Part shown: in pieces, positions 23,474-37,300 of the stretch
Layout: every line of letters begins with the position of its first letter
How positions within the stretch are numbered: the stretch's first letter is position 1
From: Catajapyx aquilonaris
Lineage: Eukaryota
Assembly (NCBI GenBank): GCA_000934665.2
Contig: JYFJ02002894.1
Coordinates: 1 to 49,525 of the forward strand
Reading direction: 5' to 3'
DNA length: 49,525 bases
Translations under genes and position numbers: made by a program
Notes under the pieces: generated by a model
Seen by the model: only the letters and a program-made list of their open reading frames with translations
Told to the model about the DNA's origin: nothing
Database searches by the model: none

Positions 23474-26432
23474 TCAGTGAGTTTTGTACGATGCAAAAGG
23501 GTAGAAGTATTGAAGCCCCTGCAATTCTTCCTGCTGTGTAACGTCAGCCAGGGTTTGCAGATCTTCATCCTCATTAATGAGTTCATGCGCTGGTTCAGAT
23601 TCCCATGAATCCAATGAAGCTGAGTGAGATGGGTTGGGGAAATGAGCAAAATTTGGGAAGTTGTTTCCCAGTTCACGGGGAACCACTTCATTTCCACCCT
23701 GTGGCTGCCCCTTGGAAGGCCACCCTGGCAGATTTTCCTCATCCTCAGGGCAGATGGGCTGAGGACAGCAGTCAGGGTAGGGGCGACTCAGGTCAGAGAT
23801 CAGCCGGCAGGGGGGATCGACACCCACGGCCCCACATCTGCAAAAATTAATTAATTGCTTAATTAGATGGGATGCGTATTTGGGGGCTGTGTGAAGGTGT
23901 GTGGTTTTGCAAGTGAGAAGGCTGGATTGGCAAGGATGACTGGTGGGTGACCTAGCATATCTTGTAATTCTTGTGCTCGTCCTATCTTCACCTCCCGTGA
24001 AATTGAATGTTTCGTTACAAAACGTGTCCTATATCCTTACTTTTCAGGAAGGAATGGTGTCTTATTTTGTTAACATGCATGCACAATCCTTTTTGAATGC
24101 CACTCAGATTTCTGGCTGGTCCTCCCATTACACCATTTGATATCTCAATGTCAACAAATGAAGATGACAGTATAGAATAATTTGTCACTTGCTTATTTGC
24201 TGGTGGGGATACAGTAATATTAATGTCAGGACACCGGCTCGTAGGCATTCCAACGACTCGTGTAATTCACTGCCAAACTGAAGATTAGGTGACAGGAGCA
24301 AATGGAAATTAGAGCCCGTGAGATTTTTACTAATACTGATGTGAGCATAGATTAATAATAATTATTAATCTAAGCTCACATCAGCATTAGTAAAAATTAA
24401 TTATCGAAGGGTACCTATAGTGTAGTAAGCACTAATTGTAATTGAATGACCCAGTATGGAAAGGGCATAAGTCCACCTTTTGGTCAAAATGACTTTTTCG
24501 CGGAAGGATACTCTTCAGTATGGAGGGAATAAGTTCCAGTAGGAGAGGGAGCGAAACTCCCCACCCATATGCTATATTTGAGCATGTCAGAATTGCCTCC
24601 AGAATGGAAAAGGGGGACTTACACCTTTTCCATGCTGAAATTGCTGTTTCGGAATGAAAAGGCACTTAGTCCATCGTGTCATTATCCGGTAAATAGGCCT
24701 ACCTACATGTATTCAGGAAAATGTTGAAGTAAAGTGTTTGCCTATATCAATGAGTGTGTTATTTTGTGTTACTTATGTTATCATGTGACAGAACGGCACA
24801 GATTTTCTCATCCTGCCATCTTTCAGAATGGAAGGGACGTAAGTCCCGTCCCTTTAAATCGCTCTCACGCATCTGTCATGACGCGTTTTCCACCGAACTC
24901 TGCTCAACATGATGCCAATGTCGACTAAGATCAACATTCCCGCGAGTCCGACCACCTTGACGAATTTACAATGCCGCATTTCAGTTTTTTGTCTCCCCTG
25001 TAAAATTAGGTCTCATGGACTTATGCCCTTTCCATATTGGGTCATTCAATTAGTGCTTACTACACTATAGGTACCCATCAATGTACAGAGATCATCCTGC
25101 CTAAATAATGTGTTACGTCCTTTTTCTTCCACCACGCAACCAAAGCATGGTGTCAAGGTAATGCTGATAACCTGTCAATTATTTCTACATACTTGATAGG
25201 TATTTAACATCTTAAAGACGACCGAAGAGTGACCCATCGCCCCCTCGTTCTCGTGAACCAGAAAGTACAGTACTCACGTGGAATATCCAATAAAGCTTCC
25301 CTGGCAGGTAGCCTTCCCACAGGTTCCCCACTCCCAGCTCGATCCCACAGGAAAAGCCTTCTGGAGTTCAGGTTCCCAACATTGGCCGGGAAAGTCTGCA
25401 AAAAGAATAGAACGACACCATGAACTTCTATGAGTGACATGTGATAAACAGTCATTAATTTTCCGCAAGTTAAACTAGAGTGTTATAGATAATTTTAAGA
25501 GCACATTCCTATTCCTAAATAATTATAATGTTAGGTGTATGATTTGATAGTAACACGGGTCAGCTATACGCCAGCTCAGTGTATTGACCTTCACAGGAAA
25601 CAGGAACTTCTGGCTAACGCTGCCATGTACTGTACGTGTACATAAGCAATATTGGACACTACAATGCTGATTAAAGTTAATTTTCATCTAGTCTTGCAGT
25701 CCTTTGAAAACAAAATCTGACATTGTTATCGGGTAAATAGAACATCCCTGACAGTGTGACAGGCTATTAAAAAACCGTAACCATTCATCACATTGACAAG
25801 GAAGTGCGAACTGTCGTTTCATATTCATGCCAAACCAAAAGTGTTGATCACGTACTGCTGCTTGGGGGTGGCGAAGAAGGGGGGGGGGGGGGGGNGGGGG
25901 ACCTGTTGAACTCGTCCCACTTTCAGCACCTTTACAAGTCTCATCTTTCTTTTTTCTCATTGCAAATCTTGCTTCCAATCTTCGGATGGGCCGCTTCAGA
26001 CCTTGACCCACACTCTACTAAGGCTGTTTGTCTTATGTATCTTTGCCAGAATTTATTTATTACCTCTACCCTTACCATTCTTCCCTTCCTCCTTCTTTAT
26101 ACAAAAAAAAATACTCCAATCCCTTTAACCCAGTTAGCACATGTCAAGAGAAAATTAGGTTAGATATTTTTGGTCCGGTTCCATATTTATTTATAGCGGA
26201 ATGAATCAACCAAAATTTTCGCTGCTGAACACCCAAAATATGTACAGTACATCCAAGTGCATAGATTCAAATATTCTTAATTAGCATATTAAAAATTAGT
26301 ACCAATATCAATACAAACTGTTCTATGTGACAGTGTCCTACCTGGATGTCTCTTGGATGGTCCGATGGCAACCGCGGCCGAAGCAGCCTGGACCAAGGCA
26401 GCTCCCAAGAGCACCATCATCGAGGTCTTCAT
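23474..26432 (-). CDS. Secreted single-domain von Willebrand factor type C (SVWC, Vago-like) protein, 190 aa
   Basis: Exons 26432-26342 (signal peptide MKTSMMVLLGAALVQAASA), 25395-25278 and 23837-23474, all GT-AG and phase-compatible. Eight Cys in SVWC spacing: PGQCW...VGSSW..GTCGKATC...TCG...PPCRL..DLSRPYPDCCPQPICP. TATA box upstream and AATAAA at 23396-23391. Confidence 0.9.
24323..24397. repeat. 75-bp AT-rich palindrome
   Basis: atttttactaatactgatgtgagcatagattaataat-a-attattaatctaagctcacatcagcattagtaaaaat, with 2 mismatches. Confidence 0.8.
24409..25076. mobile_element. Non-autonomous TIR element with ~65-bp inverted repeats, in SVWC intron 2
   Basis: gggtacctatagtgtagtaagcactaattg...gaaagggcataagtcca versus tggacttatgccctttcc...caattagtgcttactacactataggtaccc. 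Confidence 0.7.
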
Positions 26433-26515
26433 TGTTGTGAATGCAGATGTGGGTCTAGTTAGTGCAGGAAAAGAGTGGTGCAGTGTGTTCTGGGCGTCTC
26501 CTTGGCCCTCGCGCC

Positions 26516-26523
26516 TTTTTATA
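26516..26523 (-). promoter_or_regulatory. TATA box of the SVWC gene
   Basis: TATAAAAA on the minus strand ~85 bp upstream of the ATG at 26432. Confidence 0.65.
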
Positions 26524-28623
26524 AGAGGCCTCGTGACGCAACTAAGGTGACTTGGGAAAGGGGGGGAAGGAATGAGTTGGGGCGGAGGCGTGATGCTGTT
26601 GCTGGCTTCTAGGGGTTGGTTGGGAATCCTGTACCTGCTCACAGATGATTGATAACATCCTAGACTGGGTGGGTGAACAGCGACCTAGAGTCGCCCGCAA
26701 CTCTGCATGTCCCCAAGTATGGAATCCTAAGTGTCTCTCTGATGGGAGACACCCATCTTCCTCATTTCCAGAACCGATTATGTACAAGGCACTCAAGATT
26801 CCTTTCTTGCTATATAGTCAAAAAGAAGTGGTTGTATGAACAAAACTCTACAATATTAATCTTAGACTCAATAGATACATTTATAATACGGCAAGGTGTG
26901 ACCTTATTTAGTGTGACACGATTGCTCATAGTCATTAGATATTTTTGACTCCCAGTTTATTTAGTAGGGTAGTGACATGTTCGTGGAATGTTGCAGACAA
27001 TTGTGATACAAGCGAAAATGAGTTGTTGCCCACGATTTTTCTTTTTTCTGTCCTTTCCGCACGAAAAGCCGGTTTGGTCTTCAGAGAATCGTGTACGGTA
27101 ATTAGCTGTTGGAAAGAATTGTGAATATACTCATAATTTACTCATTTCTTTCGCACCAGTTGTTGAGTGGGTAGAATCTTTAGTTGTGCATGAATAAGCC
27201 ATACGTAGGAGTGAATTGACCAACCACACAGAATTAGGTTCGGAAAAAGGAAACCGCACATATCCGCTCAAAAACCCAAACTATTGTGTAATTATTTTTT
27301 TTCGCTGTACACTATCTAATCTTAGCTTATTAGTTCCATTACGGTGTAATTCATGCTGGGACTTACCATACCTTCCCCCCCCCCCTATATTTAGCAAAGC
27401 AAACACATATCATCTAAGAAAAACTCGATAAATAGAAAGGCCTTGAATGACTAGAGGAAATAGGGTTAATGACTGCTAATATTCACGGCCAGGCAAAAAT
27501 AGTGTTACGAGTGTTTACGTGAATGAGTTGCAGTTTGAGTCGCCCTGTGATGGCATCGTTGTGTGAAAGTACCTTAAGGTTTGAAAGAAAATAGTCGTCA
27601 TATTTAGTGGTGGCGCCTAATTGGCGCCATACCTGGAGGATTCTGGTGTACGTGAGGACGAAGGAGAAAAAAAAATACATATGCGTGGGACGTTACAGTA
27701 TGACTAGGTGTATAGGTCACGGAGAGGATAGGCGTTTTGCATTGATGACCGTGACCTTCTCAACCTCCAAGAGTTATGTCACACTCTGAATGACCCCACT
27801 GCATTCCTGGGCTCCTCCTGTTAAGACTGTCGCGTATCTGACCAGTCGAGTATGGTATTAGCCGGCACGTGCAATACAGTCCTTGGAATTCCCGCAACTC
27901 AGACACTGATTGTCGTCTTTCCAAAATAGAACTCACCTGTACTAAACCTCCCTTGCATTTTACCTGTTCGGGGCAATTCCCTTGACGTCACTGCCGTCTC
28001 GCCTGCTGCACGACTCGTATCCAAATTGCAATGTGATTCACTGCTTGTTTTTTTTTCGTGTGTGAGTGTGTGTGTGGGGGACCTGGGTTGGTGCACGTGC
28101 GAAACAGCATTGTTTTGTTACGTATGATCTTTATGGGCACGTACAGGTAGTCTTCCTCCCCGGATGCACAGGCGGGTTTAATTAGGCAAAGGAATGTGTT
28201 TTAATTGTACATGACGTAGGAGTTGACCCTCAAAAATGGCGCAAAAAATACGAGATGATTCTAGTTGATAATCGGTTACATCTGGTGTGTGTAAAACGTG
28301 CGTATTTATTGTCCATGAATCCTACATAATTATGTGCGGCCAATGACGTTGAATAGACCATCGTGTGTAATGCTGAGATTTATTTAGGCATAAATTCCCG
28401 GTCATAAAAAATGGCCGTATGATGGTCAACAGACGCAACACGTAGGCCATTACGAGAAAGGACAAATTGCGTAGCCATATATGTTTTCAGATAAACAAGC
28501 TTACTTGCTGCGACGTAAGAAATTTCTATAATTTTTCACATGAAATGAGAATATCATGTTTTAGTGGGTTGAGATCTTTTTAAGGCAAGCAGAATGATGC
28601 TCGTATCAGAACAGTAAACACTA

Positions 28624-28748
28624 GGGCCGGTTTCACCGAGCTCAGTATATGATAAAACCAGGGTATTTCTCAAAATCCCTATCTATTTGTATGGATTTTC
28701 CTAAAGAAGCCTGGTTTTATCATATACCAAGCTCGGTGAAACCGGCCC
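28624..28748. mobile_element. Small PIF/Harbinger-type MITE
   Basis: GGGCCGGTTTCACCGAGCT...TATATGATAAAACCAGG and its complement CCTGGTTTTATCATATA...AGCTCGGTGAAACCGGCCC. Confidence 0.75.
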
Positions 28749-31334
28749 TAAGCAAACAACATGAAAAGTACGACCTGATATTATCTACACGTAAAATCAT
28801 GCACTCGACTGTTCTGTACAGTACGTCAATAATGAGATATGTCCGTCATATACAGTATCGGGTGGAACATCTGGCAGTCACATACCATAAACAATAAAGA
28901 AAAAAGTTTATGAATTATTTACTCCATACGATTGAAAGAAAGAAGGACTACATATACATTGAAGGCCTGCTTAATGCAGAACGATCAAAGTCACAGTGGA
29001 ATGATTTCCAGATATGAGTTTGAATCTTGATGCTGGCCTTTATGGGATTTTATTTGTCGAAAAAATATTTAGGGAGCTATAGCTACTGAAGAAAAATGAC
29101 TAACCATCAGAAAGTACGCAGTAATGTCTAACTCACTTTCAACCAAAACGTGACTCTGATATCCGGTTATGCATTTTAGTTTTTTTTTTGTATATGCCAT
29201 GGGAGACAGCAAAAAAGAAGTCCTCATTGTTGCTTTAGTTTAAACCGATGTGTATGCCCATTCTAACCTGTATAGATGAGTTCTAAGTTTCTTTCATCCG
29301 ATTTTTTTTCTTCGAGACGCATGGTCCTCCTACCCCCAACTGGCCTTATACTGTCAGTGTATGATAAGTATAATGTATGGAACTGGCAATTATAACCCAG
29401 GTGAATGTACTGACGAAGGTCATGGAAATTTCGAATAAGGCCTGCCTTTGGTATTGCATCCATCGAGAGGGCTGATTGGCAAACCATATTCAAGAGTCCG
29501 GTTCTCCTCCGTTTGTATCATCACTGCATGAAAGTATCCTTGAAAGAGTTGTCTATCCGCCTTGTTAGTTACGGAGGTGGTCCTTATGGTAAGCAGGTAA
29601 AGTGTCAGTGACCTTGCTATTACGTATGGGGTATGGCCACTACATTCCATTGCCTATATGTAGACTACAGAATGTAGATAGTATCCCTTGGTAATTGTAA
29701 TGTAGGTCTTGCATGCTCTTCCTGGTAGGCTATATCTAGTTTATGCCATACCTGTTATTTTCATCACACACGAAAAGCTATATCTTATTAGCTGAAATTT
29801 TTCATCCTAACTGCGCACAATCTACACAATTGTTGTAGCATTCACCTTGAAGCAACATGCAGATTTACCTGACATTAAAAACATTCAAATAGCCCATAAG
29901 TGCATGTTTAAAAAAAATTGTGACTAATCTGTTGCTAAGCGAGCATGTAAACCGCAAAATAGTAATGATCTCATATAATTGGGGAGCATATAATCCCCCC
30001 CCCCCCTTATTGAACAAATATTTGCAGTTTGATACATTTAATATAATATACAAAGAATTCCTCTTCATAATTTTACGCAGGAGACAGCAGGATCATTCGA
30101 GTGCTAATAAACAATGGGACATTGTTAGCATATAGCCTACTACTGTAGTTCAAGTTCCAACGCAAATGCTTGGAGGTCACACCGGCAATAGATCATACTC
30201 GACTGTAGTGGGGATTCACCATCTCTATTGCATGCACGATTAGCATTCGGGCATACCGCAATCGCACGCACGGTACGTGCATCGAGTACCAACAAGAAGC
30301 ATCACAACACACAAACAAAACTCAGTCTGACATGGGTGAATCTACCATTTGTGACGTAACGGTGTGTATATGTGATGAAGTGCCGTGGCGTCACTCAACT
30401 CTTTTGACGTCACGCAGAAACCCACGTGGATGCTTGTTTTGGAGCTGGGGCAGTTGGCCCGCGGGCGGGTTTGAAGGTGGCTAAGCAGGAAGCGACCATT
30501 TGCGGCGTATCACCCGGATCGTGATTGTTGTCTCCTTTATGGGCCTTAATTATCGTAATGGATTTAATGATCCTCCAATGTTTCCATTTCTTAGGGCCCT
30601 TCACTTCACTCTTTTGGGCCATAATAGCCGCTATTTTATACGTCGAAGGACTAGATCAGCAATAATCCGAGCAATGTCCTATAATCCAAGGTCGCAAGTA
30701 GGTCATACTGCATTTACATTCAGAATGATTAGGAAAGAATGGCCAGGAAACAGATGAATGTTTGATAGGCTGACCAGGCATAGCTAATTAGCTTACTCCA
30801 AAAGGGGCCAAATCGAAGGGCGATTGATCGGACCCATCGGACAATATAGAGCAACGACACAATCATTTCCACGCGTACCGGAGGAAGGTCTAGGTCATCT
30901 GCCTAGAAACAGCGCGGGCGATGCTGTTGGCAACCGTGTTTCATATGTTGCCTAGGATTATTGACAGTCTCGGTATTGTTGTATACGGCTACCCAAAATT
31001 TGACGTTTATTGCTTCCGAAATTATGTGAGCAGTGGGTGGGCAGAGTGGATGCCCCTGTAGAAGGTGGGCATTGCTGTTTTGCCAAGGATCGAGCTGCCT
31101 GAGGAAACCTCTTCAGGACCGGAACAGTTCATGGATACCCTCGAATACCCACTCTTTTTCTTCGGAATGTTCTGAAGTCATGGGAAAGGAAGCCTCACTG
31201 CAAGCACAATATGAACGGACAATCTTGTAATATCGATAATGTTAGTGCAGAGGTTAGTGTCAATTGTTCTAAATAGCTTGTGATGTATGGTAAGGTGTCG
31301 GCTTGTATATGACCATGTATTTTTTATTCTTCAG

Positions 31335-34300
31335 ATGCATCATGGCCCCGGAGAAGGAGGGGGAGGGAAAAAAGCCGGAATCAAGTATAAACCATGGGGT
31401 CAGATAGAAGATAGGGATCCCTGCAAAAAATGGCTGCCGTACGTGTACGTGAGCATAGCATGGCTGGGGGTCTGTTCGTACATAGTGTACGGCTGCGTCG
31501 AGGTAGCACGGAGTCCGGACAGTATTGTAGTCAGGGACAAAAGAAGCGACTATAAGAAAAATGGCACGGAAGAAAGCGATGAAGAGGACGAGCACGGTAC
31601 GGTATATTAATTGGTTATGATTGCTAGTTGGGTTTTGGGGGAAGGTTAGTGCTGGATAATTATGTTGATCTATTATGATGGGTGGCCCTTAGTGCTGTAT
31701 TAACTTATGCACTTCATGTGTTCATTTGATTTATCGTATCTGTAATCAACTGTCATTCAAGGCCAGCTGTATGAACATATTTATAAGTAGGCTATATTGA
31801 AATATTTAAAAATACGGGGAGGTGAAGTGGCGCAGCGGTAATGCTCGCGCCCACGGATATGAAGGTCCCGGGTTCTATCCCCACCCGGGGTTCCCACCTT
31901 TATCCGTGCAGAGTTGGGCCATCTCTGGCTTCATTTCGGGTGGCAATTTCCGACAGACTAAGCCACCCGGGGAGCTCACAAAATGACCATTAGAGACATT
32001 GCACTTTGCACATCCCCTCCTACCTACCCTGGAGTCATTAATTAAGATCTTCTTAGACGGCTCCAATTTCCGATGGTGGTAATCCACCCCCCTAAAGGAT
32101 ATGGTAAATCCCAATGGGGTAATGCAAAAAAAAATACAGAAAAATTAAAAATAGACAAAATGGAGCTTTCTACCTTAATTTTTTGTTGATACAACCAGTC
32201 CTTAGGTGACATTTTAATGTGGATTATAGAGTGCGTCTCAATTTCATGATCCACTGGAACATTTGAACAACAATAACTTAGTGCATGGAGTAATAGCTTG
32301 GAATTAAAGCATATTTTTTCATGGAATCGGGGTCATAAAATGACCTATTTTTTTAGGATGATTCTGACTTGTTCAATTAAATGTGAGGTATCACAAGAAC
32401 TAACTTCCTTTTAACTATTTTTTTGTTATTTTGGATCCTCTTAATTTTTCTATCCTGCTGGGCCCTTGCTCCTAGCTGTTAGGACATTTCTTTGAAGTTT
32501 CAATAAGATTTTTTTTTTTGCACAAAGCTGCTTATTTTTAAGAATTTACTTTTCAGTCACTTTTAACCCCTTGGCTACCAGATCCAGGAGCTGAGATTCG
32601 TTTCTGTTCAACTTGCACGTACTCTGAAGATACGTACAGGATATTTTACAAATAATAACAGCTATACTTACACATCCATGCTGTACACTATGAATATGTT
32701 TGGAACAATTTTCCACTTCTAGAAGTCGCAAAAATTAATTTTCAAAAAGATCGCCGTAACAACTCGAATTTAAATTAAGACCGGCCTAATGTTAGGCTGA
32801 TTTAATTATGAAATACATTAAAATATGCGGAATAACAACCTTGAGAATCTTGCTATGACGAATATGCTGAAATCGCCGTACTTCGCGAGAATTAAATTAA
32901 TACTTACTGCGGCTTGCCTCCCACTTCGGAAGACTCCAAAATTGATTTAATTTTCGCAAAGTACGACAGTTTCAGCAGATTCATCATAGCAGGATTCTCA
33001 AAGTTGTTATTCCGTATACTTTAACGTATTTCATAATTAAATCCGCCAAACAGTTGGCCGGTAGTAATTTAATTTCGAGTTGTTACGCCGATCTTTTTGG
33101 AAATTAATTTTGCGACTTCTACAAGTGGAAAATTGTTCCAAACATATTCATAGTGTCCAGCATGAATGTGTAAGTATAGCTGTTATTATTTGTAAAAATA
33201 TCTTGTTCGTATCTTCAGAGTACGTGCAAGTTGAACACGAATCTCAGCGCCTAGATCTGGTAGCCTAGGGGTTAATGGCGACTGAAAATATTATATTAGG
33301 TCGAGGAAAATCCTTTATTGAAGCTCCCATGAAGGGTATTTCAAAATAATTGATTTATTACAACGAAACATGACAATCAGATCTAATTATTTATGTAACA
33401 GAAAGCTAAACAACAACATGCTAACCAGAGTGTGGAGTAAGTCTGACGCAACCATTCTGACAAGGAAGAGGTTGATATATTGCTAGATAGCTTGATGGTG
33501 TGCACTTATTCTGCAGCTGGAAAACTTCTCAAGTGTAATTTTTATTATGACTCATCATCGTCTGTCTCATTAATGTCTTATTGATCCCTCTTCTTTACAG
33601 CGCATGAAGCTCCTTACATGATAGCTTTCCTATTTATGAGTTTCTTGACGGGTGCGATAATCCGGACACTTCTCAAGTTGACCCACCTGTCTATCCCCTA
33701 TACGGTCATCCTCCTAGTGACAGGAGCCCTTTTTGGACTCATTTCGTCTCGGTCAGAGGAGCTCAAATCCTACACCGTTCTTGGGCGAGTCAATCCTCAT
33801 ATCATCCTCCACGCCTTCCTGCCAGTGCTCATCTTTGAATCTGCCTTCAGCATGGATGCACACACCTTCCTCCGATCCTTCATGCAGGTAACATTACTTA
33901 CCTTACAGAATAATCTTGACCCTTACCATTATCAAATAAGACCCTCATGATATGTGGCACACATGTAACATCAACAGGTGGTGATAGTCGCAGTTCCAGG
34001 CCTGCTGCTGGCGTCCCTCTTCACTGCATTTGTCACCATGCATGTCTTCTCCTACAAATGGGACTTTTTGACGGCCATGCTCTTTGGATCCATTGTGAGT
34101 GCAACGGACCCTGTGGCTGTTGTGGCCCTGCTGAAGGATCTTGGTGTCTCAGAGCAGCTGAGCATGCTGATCGAAGGGGAGTCTTTGCTTAATGATGGAG
34201 CAGCCATTGTTGTCTACAAGATCTTCTATAACCTCAAAGTTGGGAAGCTGAAGATTGGTAAGCTCTTACTGTATCTCAGTACATATGGTGCTGACGTAGC

Positions 34301-37300
34301 TTTTCTAGATTAGTGAGACACACACCTATTGCAATTGACCTCACTTGGAACATGTGAAAACACAATTTAATGCCCAACAGAGCGAAGGACCCGAAAAAAT
34401 GGTACCAGTGTATGAAAAAATATTGCCATTTAATACCTGTACAGTCGCAAGCATCATGGGATGGACTTGGGCAGTAAGTTGGAATGAGACTGCTAGGTAT
34501 GTCTCTGCCCCATTGTAAAAACATACTGTTGTATGACAAGAGTGCCTCAAGATTATGGGTTTTTCATGTGTTTTGAGCTCCTGCCCAAGTCAGTATCCAT
34601 CATTACGCACACAACTGTACATAGTATTGGTGTAAAAAATCTCGTATATATCATGATGGAATGTCCCTTCTGATAATATTGAAACTACTACTGCACATGT
34701 GGCTCACATAGTTTTAAAATAGCCATGTTTTATGGAGTTAGGCACTTGCTCCTATAGGGCATTCAATTATTATTCCTCCTGCCAGCATGATGCTGTCTAC
34801 TTAATTAAGATGAATAGTATCTCTCTATTCCTTGAGTGTGGCAAAATGGCAGTGGAAATCTTTTATAGGGGCAAGATAAAACTGATATGAATTATGAGAG
34901 TATTCTCAATGTTGATACTGTGCAGGATCAAAAACTGGCCTAATAAGATCAAATACATTATTTGGCATCAATATTTATTCAACATGGTAACTTTTGTGCA
35001 GAAAATACAAGGTGCTGGAAAACAAGTGGTAATACTTTTATGTTGCCACACTTCTGGCACCTCCTGTCTTTTAAGCTTCACTAGAATATAAAATGTACAT
35101 GCAAAATTAGCCAATATGCGAGGTGTAACAGGGAAATACTATAGCTTCTGGCACTAGTGTCTTTCTTGACTTTATCAGCAAGTTACTGTACAATCCACAT
35201 TACTTATGCAGTTTAATATAGTGATATGTGCATATTGCATGCGCCATGAGTCACAATGAGAACATTTCTAAAACTATTGGTGCATCAGCCTGTGTGCCCA
35301 GAAGGTAGGCTACTCATTCATGTACAAACTGAACTGGAGAATATACTGACAAGGGACATATCGTGGGTGATAATAACAAATCTGGATGAAACTTATGCTG
35401 AGGACAATATAATTATAACTTTTTCAAATTTGGGCTTCAGCATGAAATATTTCATTTTTGGTCCTTTATTAGCATATTCAGTTTCATCCAGATCCATTAT
35501 TATCACCTGCAATACATTCCTTGCGAGCATCTTATAAATTTTATCTGTCACATGGCCAATGGACCGGTACTTTTAGAAATGTTCTTAATCTGCCGATTGC
35601 AACAGAGCTAAATGAAAGGCAACAATTAGCAACCCTGATCCTAATATTGTCATGTTGATGAGTAGCATAATGTTCAGCCAAAACATTTATCCAGAAAGGC
35701 ATTGTAAGTGCCAAACTGGACATGGTAGTAAAAAAGCATCAGGGATGAGCATCAGGGTAAGGCTGACTGTGAGGTTGGCAGGCATTAATTTGGCTACATG
35801 GTAATATTTATGCAATTCTGCTCCAGTGACATTAGTTGCAACAAAAATAATGTTCAGTGTCATCATTACAATACCTAAATATACAGCATTATTAACTCAG
35901 ATGAGTGTTTCTCCCTTGCTACTAACATGAATGATTTACAAGTGGCATGTGGATCACAAGACTGTTAGCTACCACACAGACACAACTCAACCATCACTAC
36001 CTCAAGAATGCAAATCATACGAATATGAGCAAAGGGTTTCATTTGCTCCATAGTCTGAGATTTTCAATTCCTTTCTACCAACATTGGTTTACGACCAACC
36101 ACATTAGGGACTAGTGCATTTTAACATTCCGCTGTTTACACTTTCAGGGTGGTTATGGCTGTGGGAGTGTCATTTTCATTGGTTTACAGCCTTGTCCTGT
36201 GATCTTGCATACCATCTGTCAAAACTGCACCAATCCTTGTCAAATAATTCCACCTGAGTTCATATCTGCATGCTCCAATAATACAGCACTGACCGTGCAT
36301 ATTCAAACCCACATAATCAGTCCAGATCTAATGGCACTAGGGCCATTCTCAAACAGTAAATGTTTCATGACATTTTAATTTTTATTAACTATTGACTCAA
36401 CGATATTAATAACAATAAAAAAACATTATCTGATCATGAAACTTTTTCTTCGGTGTGAATGGCCCTACTGTCATTCATGAACACATCGCTGGAAATTGAT
36501 TGCATTGTGCATGTTAATGACCAGCACAACATACAATTTAATACACTCCTATAAAATATGATTTGTCAAAATTATCACCATATATTGGAATGTGCAAAAA
36601 TGATGTCATGTAACCCTCTCCTTGGCCTTGTCAAGTGCCTGCAGCACAGCTACAGTGTCTAGTTCCTTCTGAGATGCCTTTTCATTGTCCAGTGCTAGCT
36701 CGGCTGCTCTGGCAGCAAGAGCATGCAACACACGCACTCTATAGTCTACGCATGTAGCCACAGGGTTGCCTGTCAGCAGGAGTGAATCAAGGCATGGCAG
36801 TCTAGATAGATGGCGTGCCTCCTCAATGCCCTCCACCTTGTTGCATGACAAGTCAAGATGAACCAAGGAGTAGAGACGAGAGAGCCCAGACAGATCACTT
36901 AAATGATTTTGTGACAGATGCAAATGTGTCACATTCCCTAGTCTTGTATGCACATTCTCTGCAGTAGCAATAAGATTTGAAGACAGGTCAAGACGGCGTA
37001 ACGATGGCAAAGTGACTGCTGGTATCTCACACAGTTTGTTATTTGACAAGCAAAGTGTCCGGAGCAATGGCAATAATGTTATTGATGCATCTACATGTGA
37101 TAACTCATTCCGCGAAAAATCTGCAGATTCAACATGGGTCCAGGCATGTCTTACATCGTCACGATGTGTTGCATCACATGCCAATACCTCTGACAGCATT
37201 GTTAATTGGCAGTCTGTTGCCACAAGATCCACAACAGTGCGACGTGGTGAATCAGCTGAAGTTACCATGCTAGGGCGCGCATTGGAAAATTTCAAACGCC

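Noticed and set aside
25879..25900. Poly-G run with an N giving poly-Gly and poly-Pro ORFs
   Set aside because: Homopolymer with an assembly ambiguity in an SVWC intron; not coding.
29263..30757. Several 60-85 aa ORFs in the SVWC-SLC9C intergenic region
   Set aside because: No recognisable motifs or coherent splice structure; lengths are expected by chance.
32546..33268. Pair of near-identical ORFs on opposite strands (RLL.VENCSKHIHSVQH...)
   Set aside because: Product of the two inverted arms of a piggyBac-type MITE. The same applies to the ORF pairs at 15338/15571 and 18629/19065.
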